Of a DNA stretch of 64,000 nucleotides, positions 51,251-64,000 are shown piece after piece. A model generated the notes under the pieces. That model ran no database searches. It saw nothing but the letters and a program-made list of their open reading frames with translations, and had not been told where the DNA came from. Every line of letters starts with the position of its first letter. Position 1 is the first letter of the stretch. Origin of the DNA: Octopus sinensis (Eukaryota); assembly GCF_006345805.1 (NCBI RefSeq), contig NC_043008.1, positions 20,522,001 through 20,586,000 of the forward strand, written 5' to 3'. A program made the translations under genes and the position numbers.

Positions 51251-51650
51251 GGTGGTGGTGGTGGAGGTGGTGGTGGTGGTAGTGGTGGTGGTGGTGTAGA
51301 TGGCGATGGTGGTAGTAGTGGTGGTTGAGGTGGTAGTGGTAGTAGTACTAGTAGCAGTAGTAGTAGTAGTAGTAGTAGCAGCAGTAGTAGTAGTAGTAGT
51401 AGTATTAGTAGTGGTAGTAGTAGTAACGGTTGCTGAACTTGATTTGTGTATGTCATTCCACTGCTCCATCCCTCAGAGGCAACTCTTCCCTCATCAACGC
51501 TTTCCACATGAGCTATTTCATGCATTGCTGCCAACTGAATATTTGCCAAGAAGTTTGGTATTTGCCGCGTTTCATGCCATAATATTGTCTCTTTTTGAGA
51601 TGGTCCCACTTGCAACAGCCACAACATGCCTGCACTCACACTTTTGAGGC
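50900..51650. pseudogene. Two decayed RTE-like C-terminal fragments (50900-51110 +; 51430-51650 -) converging on a (TAG/TGG)n tract at 51202-51424
   Basis: Plus strand L*RVDYVVR...IPLRLLCHGQL resembles LRW.GHVVRM..RIP..LL.GQL. Minus strand KWDHLKK..GM..W...WKALM resembles the RTE terminus. Confidence 0.35.
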
Positions 51651-51959
51651 GTTATTGATTCTGTTCATTTCCAGTTCTTCAATTTCCTTTGTGATTCATT
51701 CCATGCGCTTCAAAAGTTTCTGTCACCGCGGTTTTACACACATGCTTTGAGTGGTTAAAGTAAATATCGCTTAAGCTAGCTACCATGCAGCAGGGTCGAA
51801 CACCGAGCCTCCTGATAGCAAAAGATCTACATAACTAGTTAGTTATTCTGACATCCATGCTTGTGACTAATTACACACAAACACTATATATATACATATA
51901 TATACATATATATATATATATATACATACATATATATATACATACATATATACATATAT

Positions 51960-51994
<35 letters not shown>

Positions 51995-52005
51995 GGTAGG
52001 TAGAT

Positions 52006-52047
<42 letters not shown>

Positions 52048-52958
52048 TACACGCACACGTATGCATGTGTATAGGTACGATTCATTGCATACATGCGTCA
52101 ATATGAGTATATTGATGTCCGTACACTCACATGCACACACACACACACATATGTGTGTGTGTGCGTATGTGTGTGTATATATGTATATATATGTATATAT
52201 ACATAGCTTGCGTGTACGCCTACACCATATTGTCATTTCATCCATTTTTTAATTGCTTTTACTTCCATTTATTTCTTATACTTCTTTTTGCTTAATGGTA
52301 TATAACTGAATTGGACACTAAAAGGAACTCTTATCTTTTATTGCCCACAAACAAATTAATAGTCTCATAAATGCGAATTCTCACTTGAAGTTAGTAACTT
52401 GCAATATTTTACAAAGAAGTTTCACATTTTTTTTTTAAATATCATTATCAGCAAAATATATATCTGATGATAACGAATTCTAAAAATCCGATATCCTCAA
52501 CGAAAACAAAAATGATGATGATAAATAAAATAAAAATAACAAAACAAAAATAGTGATAGTTACAAAATAGACTACAGATAATTACCCTATCAAGAAACAA
52601 TATTATCTTGAGCAATACAATTTTTTGAACTCCTGTTATTTGTGCCATTTCCGAGCAGCTTCAGACGTGAATGTTTTCCGTTGTTATCTATTTATTTATT
52701 TAAATGTTATACTAAAATAGAATAATAAAGAACAATATTGGTGATTTCATTTTTGCTACGTTGATACATAAGCCGGAAATATTTTGACTTTGTTGCTGTC
52801 ATTCAGGGCTCTGATTCAACGTTGTTTTTATTCTCCGTATGTGTAAAGAAATATATATATTATGGATGTTCGTCTTTCTTTTCCATGATGTACGCATTTA
52901 ATAATTTTTATCAATGTACAAAGAAAGCTGGTAAGCTGACAGAATCGTTTACACGTCT

Positions 52959-53191
52959 AAGGCTGCGAGCTGGCAGAAACGTTAGCACGCTGGGCGAAAA
53001 TGCTTAGCGGTATTTCGTCCGACTTGACATTCTGAGTTCAAATTCCGCCGAATCGACTTTGCGCTTCATCCTTTCGGGGTCGATAGATTAAGTACCACTT
53101 ACGCACTGGGGTCGATGTAATCGACTTAAACCCTTTGTCTGTCCTTGTTTGTCCCTTCTAAGTTTAGCCCCCTGTGGGCAATGAAGAAATA
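52959..53191 (+). mobile_element. Young full-length Nin/Deu-like SINE nested in an older copy, with an 18-bp TSD
   Basis: AGAATCGTTTACACGTCT is duplicated exactly at 52941-52958 and 53192-53209. Confidence 0.92.
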
Positions 53192-53639
53192 AGAATCGTT
53201 TACACGTCTGACAAAATGCTTGGCAGAATGTCTTACAGCTCTCTACATTTTGAGTTCAAATACAACCTTGAATTTCATATCTTCCGGTTGGTTAAATATA
53301 GTATCAGTCAAGTATTACTCAAAATTACTGCTTTTGAACTCTGCAACGTACATGGTTCTTGTCCAAGGAGATTGTTGTGATTTATGTTAATTATTCGATA
53401 TGAAAACCGTGTGACCGGCTTATCAGTCCCAAGGATCGAGAAACAATTTTGAAAATGTACAAAGGAGAGCAGCCAGTCTTTAACGCCAGTTTCCATTTCG
53501 TAATGGGAAATTGATTAGTGATAAATTTCTTACTTAAAGATGCTGATCAGTCGATGGTAGAATTTCCAGCAGGTACACACCTAAGTAATGAGTCTCTAGT
53601 TGCATACTTTTTACGCAAACTTGTAATATCTAATAATTT

Positions 53640-53850
53640 TAGGGAGGCGAGCTGCGAGAATCATTAGTGAGTCTGGAAAAAAATAACATTGGGGCATATG
53701 TTCTGGTTCTTCAAGGTCTGAGTTCAAGTACCGTCGAGATCAATCTCGCCATTTAATCACCTGAGGTCGATAAAAATTATATATCCATTAAGTACTGGTA
53801 ATGCTAGTATCAACAGCCAAAATTGTTGATCTTATCCCTAAATTAGACAC
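53640..53850 (+). mobile_element. Nin/Deu-like SINE, old copy
   Basis: GGCGAGCTGCGAGAATCATTAG...CTGAGTTCAAGT...GAGGTCGATAAAA..TAAGTACTGG. Confidence 0.7.
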
Positions 53851-54668
53851 GATTATGTCTATTAATTTAGTTCATATTTACAATTAAGTATTTAATAATC
53901 CTCACACACAGAAAAAACACATGCTATATCTTAGGAAAGCTATTAAAATTGATACAAAGGTAATTCTCTCTTATTCACATTTGAAGAACGGACAAATAAA
54001 ATGCACATTTATACATATATACAAGTGAGTCACTGACTCAAAGACCTCTGATTTCTGTTGATTTTCGTGACACAAGTTATAGCTGTAATTGAAGAGTAAT
54101 TCATACACCTCGAGCGAGGATGTTTACCTATATGTTGGTTTCCACTCGTTGATCGTGATAATGTAATGTTTGCTTCAAGGAAAGTAGGGCTAATAAACAT
54201 CATATCAGAAACATATTACTAGGTAGACTTGACTTGACCATATAGGGGTAAATGCTTTTGCCCTTGTAACAGAATGATGCAAGAAGCGAAACTCTGATAC
54301 GACACTTGATTATAAGTTTCCACACCAAGCGTGCATATGTGTGTGCGTGTATGTGTGCGTGCGCGCGTGTGTGTATGTATAGAGTGTTTGAAGTGGTGTA
54401 CAGATGTTGTAGATTAAGAAGAAGGAGGCAGTCAGAATTTTGGATAATTCTTTATTAGTGCTTTCATTCGTTTAACTGAACACTTCAAGATAAATTTAAA
54501 CCAAGATTTTGACTGCCTCCCATTTCTTTATATATATATATTTCTTTATATATGTATAAATATACACACACACACACACACATACACACACACACATATA
54601 TATATATATACATACACACATACGCGCAGATATGTACAAAGTACATCCGTTATATGCAGTAGAAGCTA

Positions 54669-55160
54669 TGTAATGACATGCATAAGATCTGGTCATCAAA
54701 TCTAAGTAGAGACTTCAAACTTGAAATATTCAAAGCCACAGTCGAACCAATTCTACTATATGGCTCAGAAACCTGGACGTTATCAAAGTAGCTTGAGAGG
54801 CGGTTGGATGGAACCTACACTCGCCTCCTTATGAGAGCTCAAAATCTCTCGTGGAAGTGCCATCCAACCAAAATGCAAATATATGGGAAACTACCACCTG
54901 TGTCATCTCTTGTGAAAGGTAGGAGAGTCCAGTTTGCTGGACATTGTTGTAGAGCTGAAAAAGAAGTAATTTCTCCTCTTCTCCTCTGGAAGCCATCTAC
55001 TCGCAATACCAGAGGGCGCACACTCTCCTACCCTGATGTAATCTCCAGGGATACAGGCATCCAGCAACAGGACCTCCGTAATGCCATGATGGACCGTGAA
55101 GTCTGGCGTAGCATGGTAAATTCCATTGTCTCGACCACGGTCGAACAATGATGATGATGA
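54669..55160 (+). mobile_element. 5'-truncated RTE-clade LINE, young copy with (TGA)n tail
   Basis: CNDMHKIWSSNL..FKATVEPILLYGSETWTLSK*LERRLDGTYTRLLMRAQNLSW...QFAGHCCR...LLLWKP...DREVWRSMV. One in-frame stop; ends TGATGATGATGA. Confidence 0.92.
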
Positions 55161-55391
55161 TAGATCAAATAGCTATTTGTATGCCACGCGTAAATTTACT
55201 GCTGGATTCATCCGGCGATAATATGTTTTATGGACGTGCTGTGTTTAAGAGCCATTCTTTTCTGCCTCCGATATGTATTGTCATTTTAAACACAGGACGC
55301 TCATGTGCGGTATTATTTCCGCGAGAATATCCCAGGAAATTTTCTTTTCCCAAAGTATTTATACATTAAGTATGAAAAAACAGATGAGTCT

Positions 55392-55613
<222 letters not shown>

Positions 55614-56839
55614 GAAAAGACAAACGAAAGTAAAAAGCGCTCAGCATCTTTAATTGGAGTTATATATATTATTATTTCAGAGTTTGATTCATAGTCTTCT
55701 TACGGAAACTTAGCTATACGGTCTCAGTTAGCCAGCCGATTGACAGTTTAGGTGTATCCAATTGCAAAACTGTTCTGCTGCTGGCAATCTGAATTAATTA
55801 ATAAATTAACCGGATAGTAGTGATAGTAACGGTTGCAAGGTGCGTTTAGGATGATTTTGAACGCAAGTTGCTCCTCTCAGTGAAACACGTAACTCAGATC
55901 ATTGGGAAAATGTACGAAGTCCCTGGAGCAGTAAGAAATGTCCGTCATATCTCCTTGAGTCTCTATCTAAGGTGTTAAGGAAAAGACGATATCATAAACA
56001 ATGATATTTCGGATAAAAACAAAAAAATACAACAGAGATAAGGTTGGTATATCTTTTGTCAAACTTATGGCCGATCATATTTTGTCCGTTTCAAAGGAGC
56101 AACAATTAATACTCAAGAGTTTAATATAAAATATTATCCAGAACTTGACAACCCGTCAGCTGTTCGTCCTCTTCGCAAAGAAGAAAACAATCATGTTAAT
56201 CGAATAACTGTATTCCCGTTCTATAAAAAAACATTTTCATTTCCGATCAGAAAATTAGATTATGTGTATATTACAAATTATAGAAAGAAATAAAGACGAC
56301 TTTTGTATAACGTATTCATTATAGATTCTCATTTAACACAAACAAGATTAGTTAATTACGAAAAATGATTTTCTTAATGATCCAACTCTTGTGATTACAC
56401 AATGTACGTTATCAGAATATTCATTGTTATTGGAAAGAGAAACAATATGTTTTAGATTTTAAAGTAATATTATCTGTCTCCTCAGATGTTAATTGGAATA
56501 CAAATTTACAATAGAATCAAAGAAACGGGACTTTGTATGAAGTATATCAACGAATTTCTTCTTATTTTTTGTTCTCGTATTATCATCGATCTGACATGAA
56601 TATTAATTCACAACCTCTATTTCTCATTGCTTGATAGCATCAATATTTTCGATCGAAACCGAATCTTTGACATACATGGCCTATATTTCCTGTTCCTCTC
56701 CTTCAATAAGTTTCAGTTCACTATATATATATATGTGTGTTTGTGTGCGCGTGTGCGTTTATGTATATAGATGTATTATGTATATATATATATATATACA
56801 CACATATATATATATATATATATATGTATCTATATGTAC

Positions 56840-56889
<50 letters not shown>

Positions 56890-56936
56890 ATGTACATATG
56901 TATATATAATAAATATATAGATAGATTGATAGATAG

Positions 56937-57001
<65 letters not shown>

Positions 57002-57452
57002 AATATATCGATTTCTTCCGTTTGTCTTGTAGACAAGAAAACTATCTCAATCATTCAAGCTAAATTACTTGGAAACAAAGTATATTTCTGGGAGTGGGGG
57101 ATTCCTGCATAAACAGAAAGAGAGAGAGAAAGAGAGAATTGGATGATCGTGTTAAAGTGTATATAGTTGTCAATATTCAATATGGCCATTCCTATGAAAT
57201 GACGAAACTATTATTTCTGCATGATTGATATCTTCACAGTTTATTACTAATGATATCGGAGTCGACATGATATTTTCTTCGGAAATTTCCGGGCTGCCAT
57301 AGCTATTTTTTATCAAATGTATTTCACATTTATTTTTAGTAAATACTGTGATGAAAATCTATCATCTAATTTCGTGATTTTATCGCAAGAAAGGCACGCA
57401 CACGCACACAAACATACATAAATATATATAAAACTTATATACATATACATAC

Positions 57453-57515
<63 letters not shown>

Positions 57516-57640
57516 ATGTACGTATGTATAGTATATAAGTTGTTATATATATATATATATATATATAGTTGAATGAATATCCTAGTATGTCGAGAATAAG
57601 GAATTTGTTAAATAGTCGTTCGACTCCATTCTTTCATTTA

Positions 57641-57701
<61 letters not shown>

Positions 57702-57849
57702 CATATCATATATATATTACTATGTAAATACGGTCATATATATATATATATGAGTGTGTGTGTGTATGTATGTGTGGATGTGTATGATGTGTGTTATATG
57801 TTATATATACATATATATATATGTGCATGTATTTGTGATATATACATAC

Positions 57850-57886
<37 letters not shown>

Positions 57887-59580
57887 GCATTTTTGTGTAT
57901 TCATGTTAGGGTGTCTGTGAAGACATATGTATCCATCTTCACGAAACCATTTTAGATAATTCTGTAGATTCTATGATTGATGGTTCGTCTTTCATATCAA
58001 AATAAAGAATAAAGTCTTCCCATGGCTGAACAATAACAGCTTCGATGATCAATCTTGTGTCTTTTATTTTTGTATTCATTTTCGCTTGAATTTTCTCCGA
58101 ATTACGGAAGAAGTAGCAAAAAATAAAATTGATACTAACTTGAAACATAGTAGACAGTCTTTATATCAGCCACATTCACAAGTTAACCGATGTAGTCAAA
58201 CGATTTCGATTATTTTTTCGAATCCAATTGATTTCAATTTCATACCTGATAGTTAAAAAATAATGGTTATTGTCGACATCTCAGTAACAAGGGACCTATA
58301 TGTATTTGTAGTGATTTTACTCGCATGGGTTTCAGCTACGCTTTTAGGAGAATCAGAGGAGAATCTGAACGTAATATTGTTAGAAACAATTTCATATCTA
58401 TTTGTGATACACACTTTTTATGAATACAGAATGGAATTTTTCTTGGTTACATGTTATGTCTTATAGATGTGTGTACTGATATACGTACTTGTCATACTGG
58501 TGGAGTAGCTCCGAAAAGATACTATACATATGCTTGAGATTTCACTTGGTTGAACTTATTAAACTGATAATGTCCATCACTGCTTTCATTATATTAACAG
58601 TTTATAACTGTCTCCATCTGTGGTATAGATGATCAAGTTCCATTTATGATAGAAAATGTAAGAGACAGAGATAGAATCATAAACACTGATGCTGAGTTTG
58701 TTCTAGAGAAGTATTCACATCGAACTAAACGGCAAGTTTATTATATAACAAAACGAACGGCCGTAGAACGTCGTTAATTAATATTAATTCATACCATATA
58801 AATATATTATGTAAACAGCATCTTATAAGGAGTCAAATAATAAAACTTTCTATGGTCATGTGACTTGATGTAAATACTGACCAAATGACCTTTTTATCAA
58901 AGAATGATGTTTTCAAATGAACAAAAAAGCATCTCATACAAAATAGAAATGTTAAATACCCTCTGAAAAGAAAGGAAAGAACTTATGGAAAGCGATGAAA
59001 AAGACTTATTAGTAAAATATGTCTCAATATATTTGATGACGTACTTAACAATTATATCATTATAGAAAATATAAAGTAAAGAACTTCTGAAGTGATTAAG
59101 GCAATATAATTCTAAACGAAATGCAATCTATAATTTACTTATATTCTGAGGATTCGCAACATTGCTGCGAGTAATATACACTTGTGGGTTGTCATCATTC
59201 TATCAACTCGAAAATTGAAGAATTCATATATGAAATAATTATTAAGTATTCTTTTCTTCATCCTTTCACTCTTTCGCTTTATTTACTATTTTCTGTTTTA
59301 TTTTTTCTCTTTTCATTTCTCTATTTGAAAATTTTATTAGCTGTTTTTTCGTAATATCATTATATCATTATGGCAAAACGCGGAGACACTGCGCAAGTTA
59401 CACACACACGCACCCGCATATGTGTTTATATTTATACATATATTCTTATGTGTATGTATGTTTGTGAGTGTGGTGTGGTGTAGTATGGTATGTGTGTGTA
59501 TGTGCCTGTGTCTGTGCATGTGTGTGATGTATGCTTGTGTATTTGCATGAGTGGATGTGTTTGGGGTATTTCTGTACACA

Positions 59581-59613
<33 letters not shown>

Positions 59614-59676
59614 CCCTCTCTTCTCTACACACACACACATATATGTATATATATATAGATGTATATATTTATATAT

Positions 59677-59714
<38 letters not shown>

Positions 59715-59859
59715 GATTGATTAGATATATAGATAGGATAGATAGATAGATAGATATATATATAGATAGATGGATTGATAAATAGATGGATATATAGATA
59801 GATACATGTATATATAGATAGATAGATGGATATATAGATAGATGGATGGATATATATAT

Positions 59860-59915
<56 letters not shown>

Positions 59916-59918
59916 GAG

Positions 59919-59990
<72 letters not shown>

Positions 59991-60600
59991 CATTTGAAAT
60001 GAATTTGACGCTCGGTAATTATTTGTTCTTAACAAGTCTATATGAAATGGTTTTAGGGTGTTTGAGAAATCTATTAATATCGAGTAATGATTCATTAGTT
60101 TACATAAGCTACAAAATCCGTGAGCTTTTTTTACATTGATTACAACGTAAACCTAGTTAACTATCTGAAATCTAGTTAGCTATCTTAAAGTTAAAGTAAA
60201 TTGTTCTGTGCAATTTAAATTGCTTGATAAAAAGTCATGCGTTCTTTTACTGCTCATTATGTTGTGATTTCAGAATTGTCGAGCTCAAGTTTTTTTTTTT
60301 TTTTTTCATTATTAATATTTTGATACCTTGCATGCTTAAATAAAATAACATTACTTGTAAACGGGTTGGCGGTTTTGTTAGACTTTTAAACTAAATGTTA
60401 CAGTTGTTTGCTTCGGATCTTTTCGTTCTTCCGATCTCTGAAAGAAATTAAGCGTTGAAAGAAAACGTAGAATGAAGGATATTTGATAAAAACTATTTTA
60501 ATATATTTCTCAAAATTACTGGATAATGTCAGAGAAGAATATTATGCATAATTGTTTCAAGACTGGAGACTGGAGTCGCCCTTACACCCACTCCTACATA

Positions 60601-60715
60601 CCCCACCTCTACCCTTCCCCGCCTACCCACAACCCCACCTCTACCCTTCCCCACCTACCCACACCCCACCTCTACCCTTCCCCGCCTACCCCAACACCCC
60701 CACCTCTTCCCCCAC
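60601..60715. repeat. C-rich ~32 bp minisatellite (3+ units), G-quadruplex-prone on the minus strand
   Basis: CCCCACCTCTACCCTTCCCC(G/A)CCTACCC units start at 60601, 60633 and ~60664. Confidence 0.85.
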
Positions 60716-61106
60716 CCTCAGTCTAACCCACAAACCACCCTTGATTTCCCCACTCTCGCGTCTCCCACTTCCCAACACCATCACGCCACACACCACTATA
60801 CCATACACTGCCATACCACACAACACATCACATCACGGCACACCACCACGCACACACCAGCACTGACAACTTTCAAGACCTACATTTTCACACCTACACA
60901 TACACACATGCACACGTTAAGATCACCAGCCATCACCCACACGCACATACAAATTCTCTTATACATACGCACGCGCACCTTCGTTTTGGAATCACCACTA
61001 ATTTTTTATCTCCCCTTCTCTGTAGCCCTTCTGTGTGAACCTTCTGTCCGGCATTCGCTATGATAGATCGCTAGCCACTACACATTCTTTATTTTCTCTC
61101 CTTGTT

Positions 61107-61144
61107 TCTTTCTGTCGAAGAGCGCAGCCTCGAAACGTTAAAGA
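61107..61144 (+). ncRNA. Variant minimal hammerhead-like motif
   Basis: TCTTT-CTGTCGA-A-GAGcgcagcCTC-GAA-ACGT-T/AAAGA. Stems I and II and the palindromic stem III are present; the core has A6->U and an extra A. Confidence 0.5.
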
Positions 61145-61470
61145 CTAATTCACTTCCCGAGCGTTATATTAATACATCTGTTTGTTGTATACAGCACCTG
61201 TCTTCGTGTTTCGTTTTTTTTTTTGTGGATTCTCCCCCCCCCCCATCTATGTATGTATGTACGTATATATGAATGTATGTAGAATCATATCGTTGTTTGG
61301 CGTGATAAAATAACTCAGTGACAAATAGAAAGACATCAGTGAACAATAATTAACATTTTCCCCCTAAATTATCTAAATTATCACTGAATTACTCACTAAC
61401 CGTTTTCTTTCGTCAAACCCCAGCTAGTGTACACTCGCACACACATACACACTCACACACAAACATACAT

Positions 61471-61502
<32 letters not shown>

Positions 61503-61767
61503 CACTGGATCACGTGACCGACCAGACCATCAGATGTTGTTACACATCGCTGGTCACAATGCGTTCGCATTGTTTTAGCCTTCGAATGACGCCAACCCAC
61601 TGGCTAAGCGAGCAGGCCAAATATATATATATTATATATATATATATTCTCAACCAAAACTGTCCGACGAATGGGAACGTGAAACTCTGAGTAACAGTTT
61701 TTGTATATTAATCTACATCCGGTAGCACTATTTCTTCTACCTTGTTTCAATTTATGTGGTTACTGTG

Positions 61768-61823
<56 letters not shown>

Positions 61824-61997
61824 CCGAAAAAAAAAAATTTATCATACACCTATTTCTTGCAATACCGGATGTTCTGTACCCTCAGTTACAGTTGGTGTTG
61901 ATTAAAGTTTTTCCATTGATTTTATATTCTGTCTTGCTGTTTGAATTGATTTTTATGTGTGCGTGTGTATGTCTGTGTGTTTAGGGAACTACTATAT

Positions 61998-62115
<118 letters not shown>

Positions 62116-62123
62116 CATATATG

Positions 62124-62178
<55 letters not shown>

Positions 62179-62442
62179 ATGTGTATATGCATGGGTGTGT
62201 GAGTGTGCGTACATACATGCATATGTAAAGAATATGAAATACACATACAGAGTCTCAGACATACATACATACATACATACATAAATACACACAAATATAT
62301 GTATATGTGTATATCCATTAGCTTTCCTCTCTCCTTCTCTGTCTCATTGTATATATATATATACACACATTTATGTGTGTATGTGTAAGTATATATATAT
62401 ATAAATATATATATATACATTTATGTGTGTGTGTGTATGTGT

Positions 62443-62474
<32 letters not shown>

Positions 62475-62564
62475 CTTACAGACACACTCACATATATATG
62501 TGTGTGGTTTACCTTATATATATAATATATATATATGTATACATGCATATATATACAACATACA

Positions 62565-62740
62565 GATATATATACATACATACATACATACATACAGACA
62601 TACATTCAGACATACATACCTACATACCTACATACCTACCTACATACATACAAACATTCAGGCATACATGCATACATACATACATACATACATACATACA
62701 TACATACATACATACATACATACATACATACATCATACAT
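62565..62740. repeat. (CATA)n microsatellite
   Basis: Directly visible. Confidence 0.95.
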
Positions 62741-63456
62741 ATACGCTCAACTCTTTGCTTCAACTTGGGTAGAAGTGTATTTTTTATCTTTTTTCCTTAG
62801 CACTACGTCCATAGTAAAGCTATATTGATTTTTAGAAATTTTATAATCTCGAAACAAGACACGAAATTAACAAAGAAGCAAAGGATCAGAACAAAGAGAA
62901 ACTATAGCTTTTTTTTATTTAGTTTTTTTTCTTCTCATTTCTATTTCATTGAAAGTTCAAAAGATGGCTGTTTCGTGTCTGGCCAACATTTCCTAGTATA
63001 ACGCACATCATTAGCTGACACAATTCAATTTTTGGTGAAGGAGGGGAAATGAGGTGAGCAAGACCTTTAAATCCCTCTAAGTAATCTCAGATCAATAATG
63101 GTTCTATTATTCATTGAACAAAGATGATCGGAGATGCCATCGGAAGAAAGATGGACGCTTAATGTATAGCAGTTTGTAATGGGAAAAGGATTGAGGGGGG
63201 GTGACCCGTTACATGCACGTCTCTATGAATAGCATGTACAGCATTGATATTTAGTTTAAAATGACCAATATATATCTGGAATGAAACGTCCCAGGTTTGG
63301 TAGGTTATAAGTTCTAATTTCTGTGTGTGTATGCGTGTGTGTATGTGTGTGTATGTATGTGTGTCTCTAGCGCCATCTTTTGTAGATTATCTATGGACAA
63401 GTTATATACATATATAAAACATATACAGATATTATGTATACGCACACACATCTATA

Positions 63457-63493
<37 letters not shown>

Positions 63494-63494
<1 letters not shown>

Positions 63495-63690
63495 TGGTTC
63501 TCCACCGGTTAAGACGATGAGGGTTCCAGCTGCTCCGATCAACGGAACAGCCTGCTCGTGTACCCTTAACGTAGTTCTCGGGGGAGATTCAGCGTGACAC
63601 AGAGTGTCACAAAGCTGTCCCTTCGAAATAGAGGTACAACAGATTAAGGAAGAAAGAGTGAGAGAAAGTTATGGTCCAGGGTTAGACACC
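63494..63690 (-). mobile_element. Headless SINE of the shared-module group with a third body type
   Basis: Shares GGAAGAAAGAGTGAGAGAAAGTT with 43674 and 48735; the body GGTTCTCCACCGG..GATCAACGGAACAGCCTGCTCGTG differs from both. Confidence 0.7.
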
Positions 63691-64000
63691 CTGTAGCATT
63701 CGTTCATTGTATGTAGGTATGCTTCTGAATTATTCTGATCTGCGTTATATAAATGTTAGTATTATAAGCGCATGCTCTGTTATATAACTTGAAGAGAACA
63801 GTTTAGTGGGTATTGTTTTTATATAAACTCTAAATAGCTATGCGCTATTAATTCCCCAATAACAACAAGCTCTAAGCTGATCATATATAATATATTCATT
63901 CCTTTAATGTTACTACCATATTTACTTTCAAGAAGAGACTAATGCATGTTATTTCAAATATCTACCTCAAATGTCAAATTATCAAACAAATCTATGTAAT

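Noticed and set aside
51085-51639. 184-aa ORF with poly-L/poly-P
   Set aside because: It is driven by the (TAG)/(TGG) microsatellite; the unique part fits a decayed RTE in another frame better.
57915-57960. GTGAAGA...TCTTCAC-GAAA hairpin as hammerhead stem II
   Set aside because: No CUGANGA upstream and no stem I or III.
59146-59185. CTGAGGA followed by a TCGCA/TGCGA hairpin
   Set aside because: No GAAA or stem III follows.

Overview
This is AT-rich eukaryotic genomic DNA dense in microsatellites and repeats. The repeat families suggest an octopus (coleoid cephalopod) genome; this is inferred, not database-checked. No complete protein-coding gene is present, and nearly all ORF-track entries are translations of (TA)n, (CA)n, (TAA)n or (GATA)n repeats. 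The window contains: (i) three abundant tRNA-derived SINE groups (Nin/Deu-like, CORE-like with an internal microsatellite, and a shared-head modular group); (ii) seven 5'-truncated or internal R4/Dong-like non-LTR fragments, each next to a (TAA)n-type tract, plus a non-coding ~550 bp element at the same target; (iii) RTE, CR1-like, Penelope-like, Gypsy-like, Chapaev3-like, Helitron-like and mariner-MITE remnants; (iv) weak candidate host exons; (v) a 620 bp near-perfect tandem duplication. The most notable signal is a set of type I hammerhead ribozymes whose stem III is a loop-less palindrome, the dimer-dependent form known from Penelope-like elements. These include a ~360 bp fold-back at 42233-42590 with two intact hammerheads on opposite strands pointing outward, and an intact hammerhead at 39694-39794 with an 18-bp hairpin inserted in stem II.
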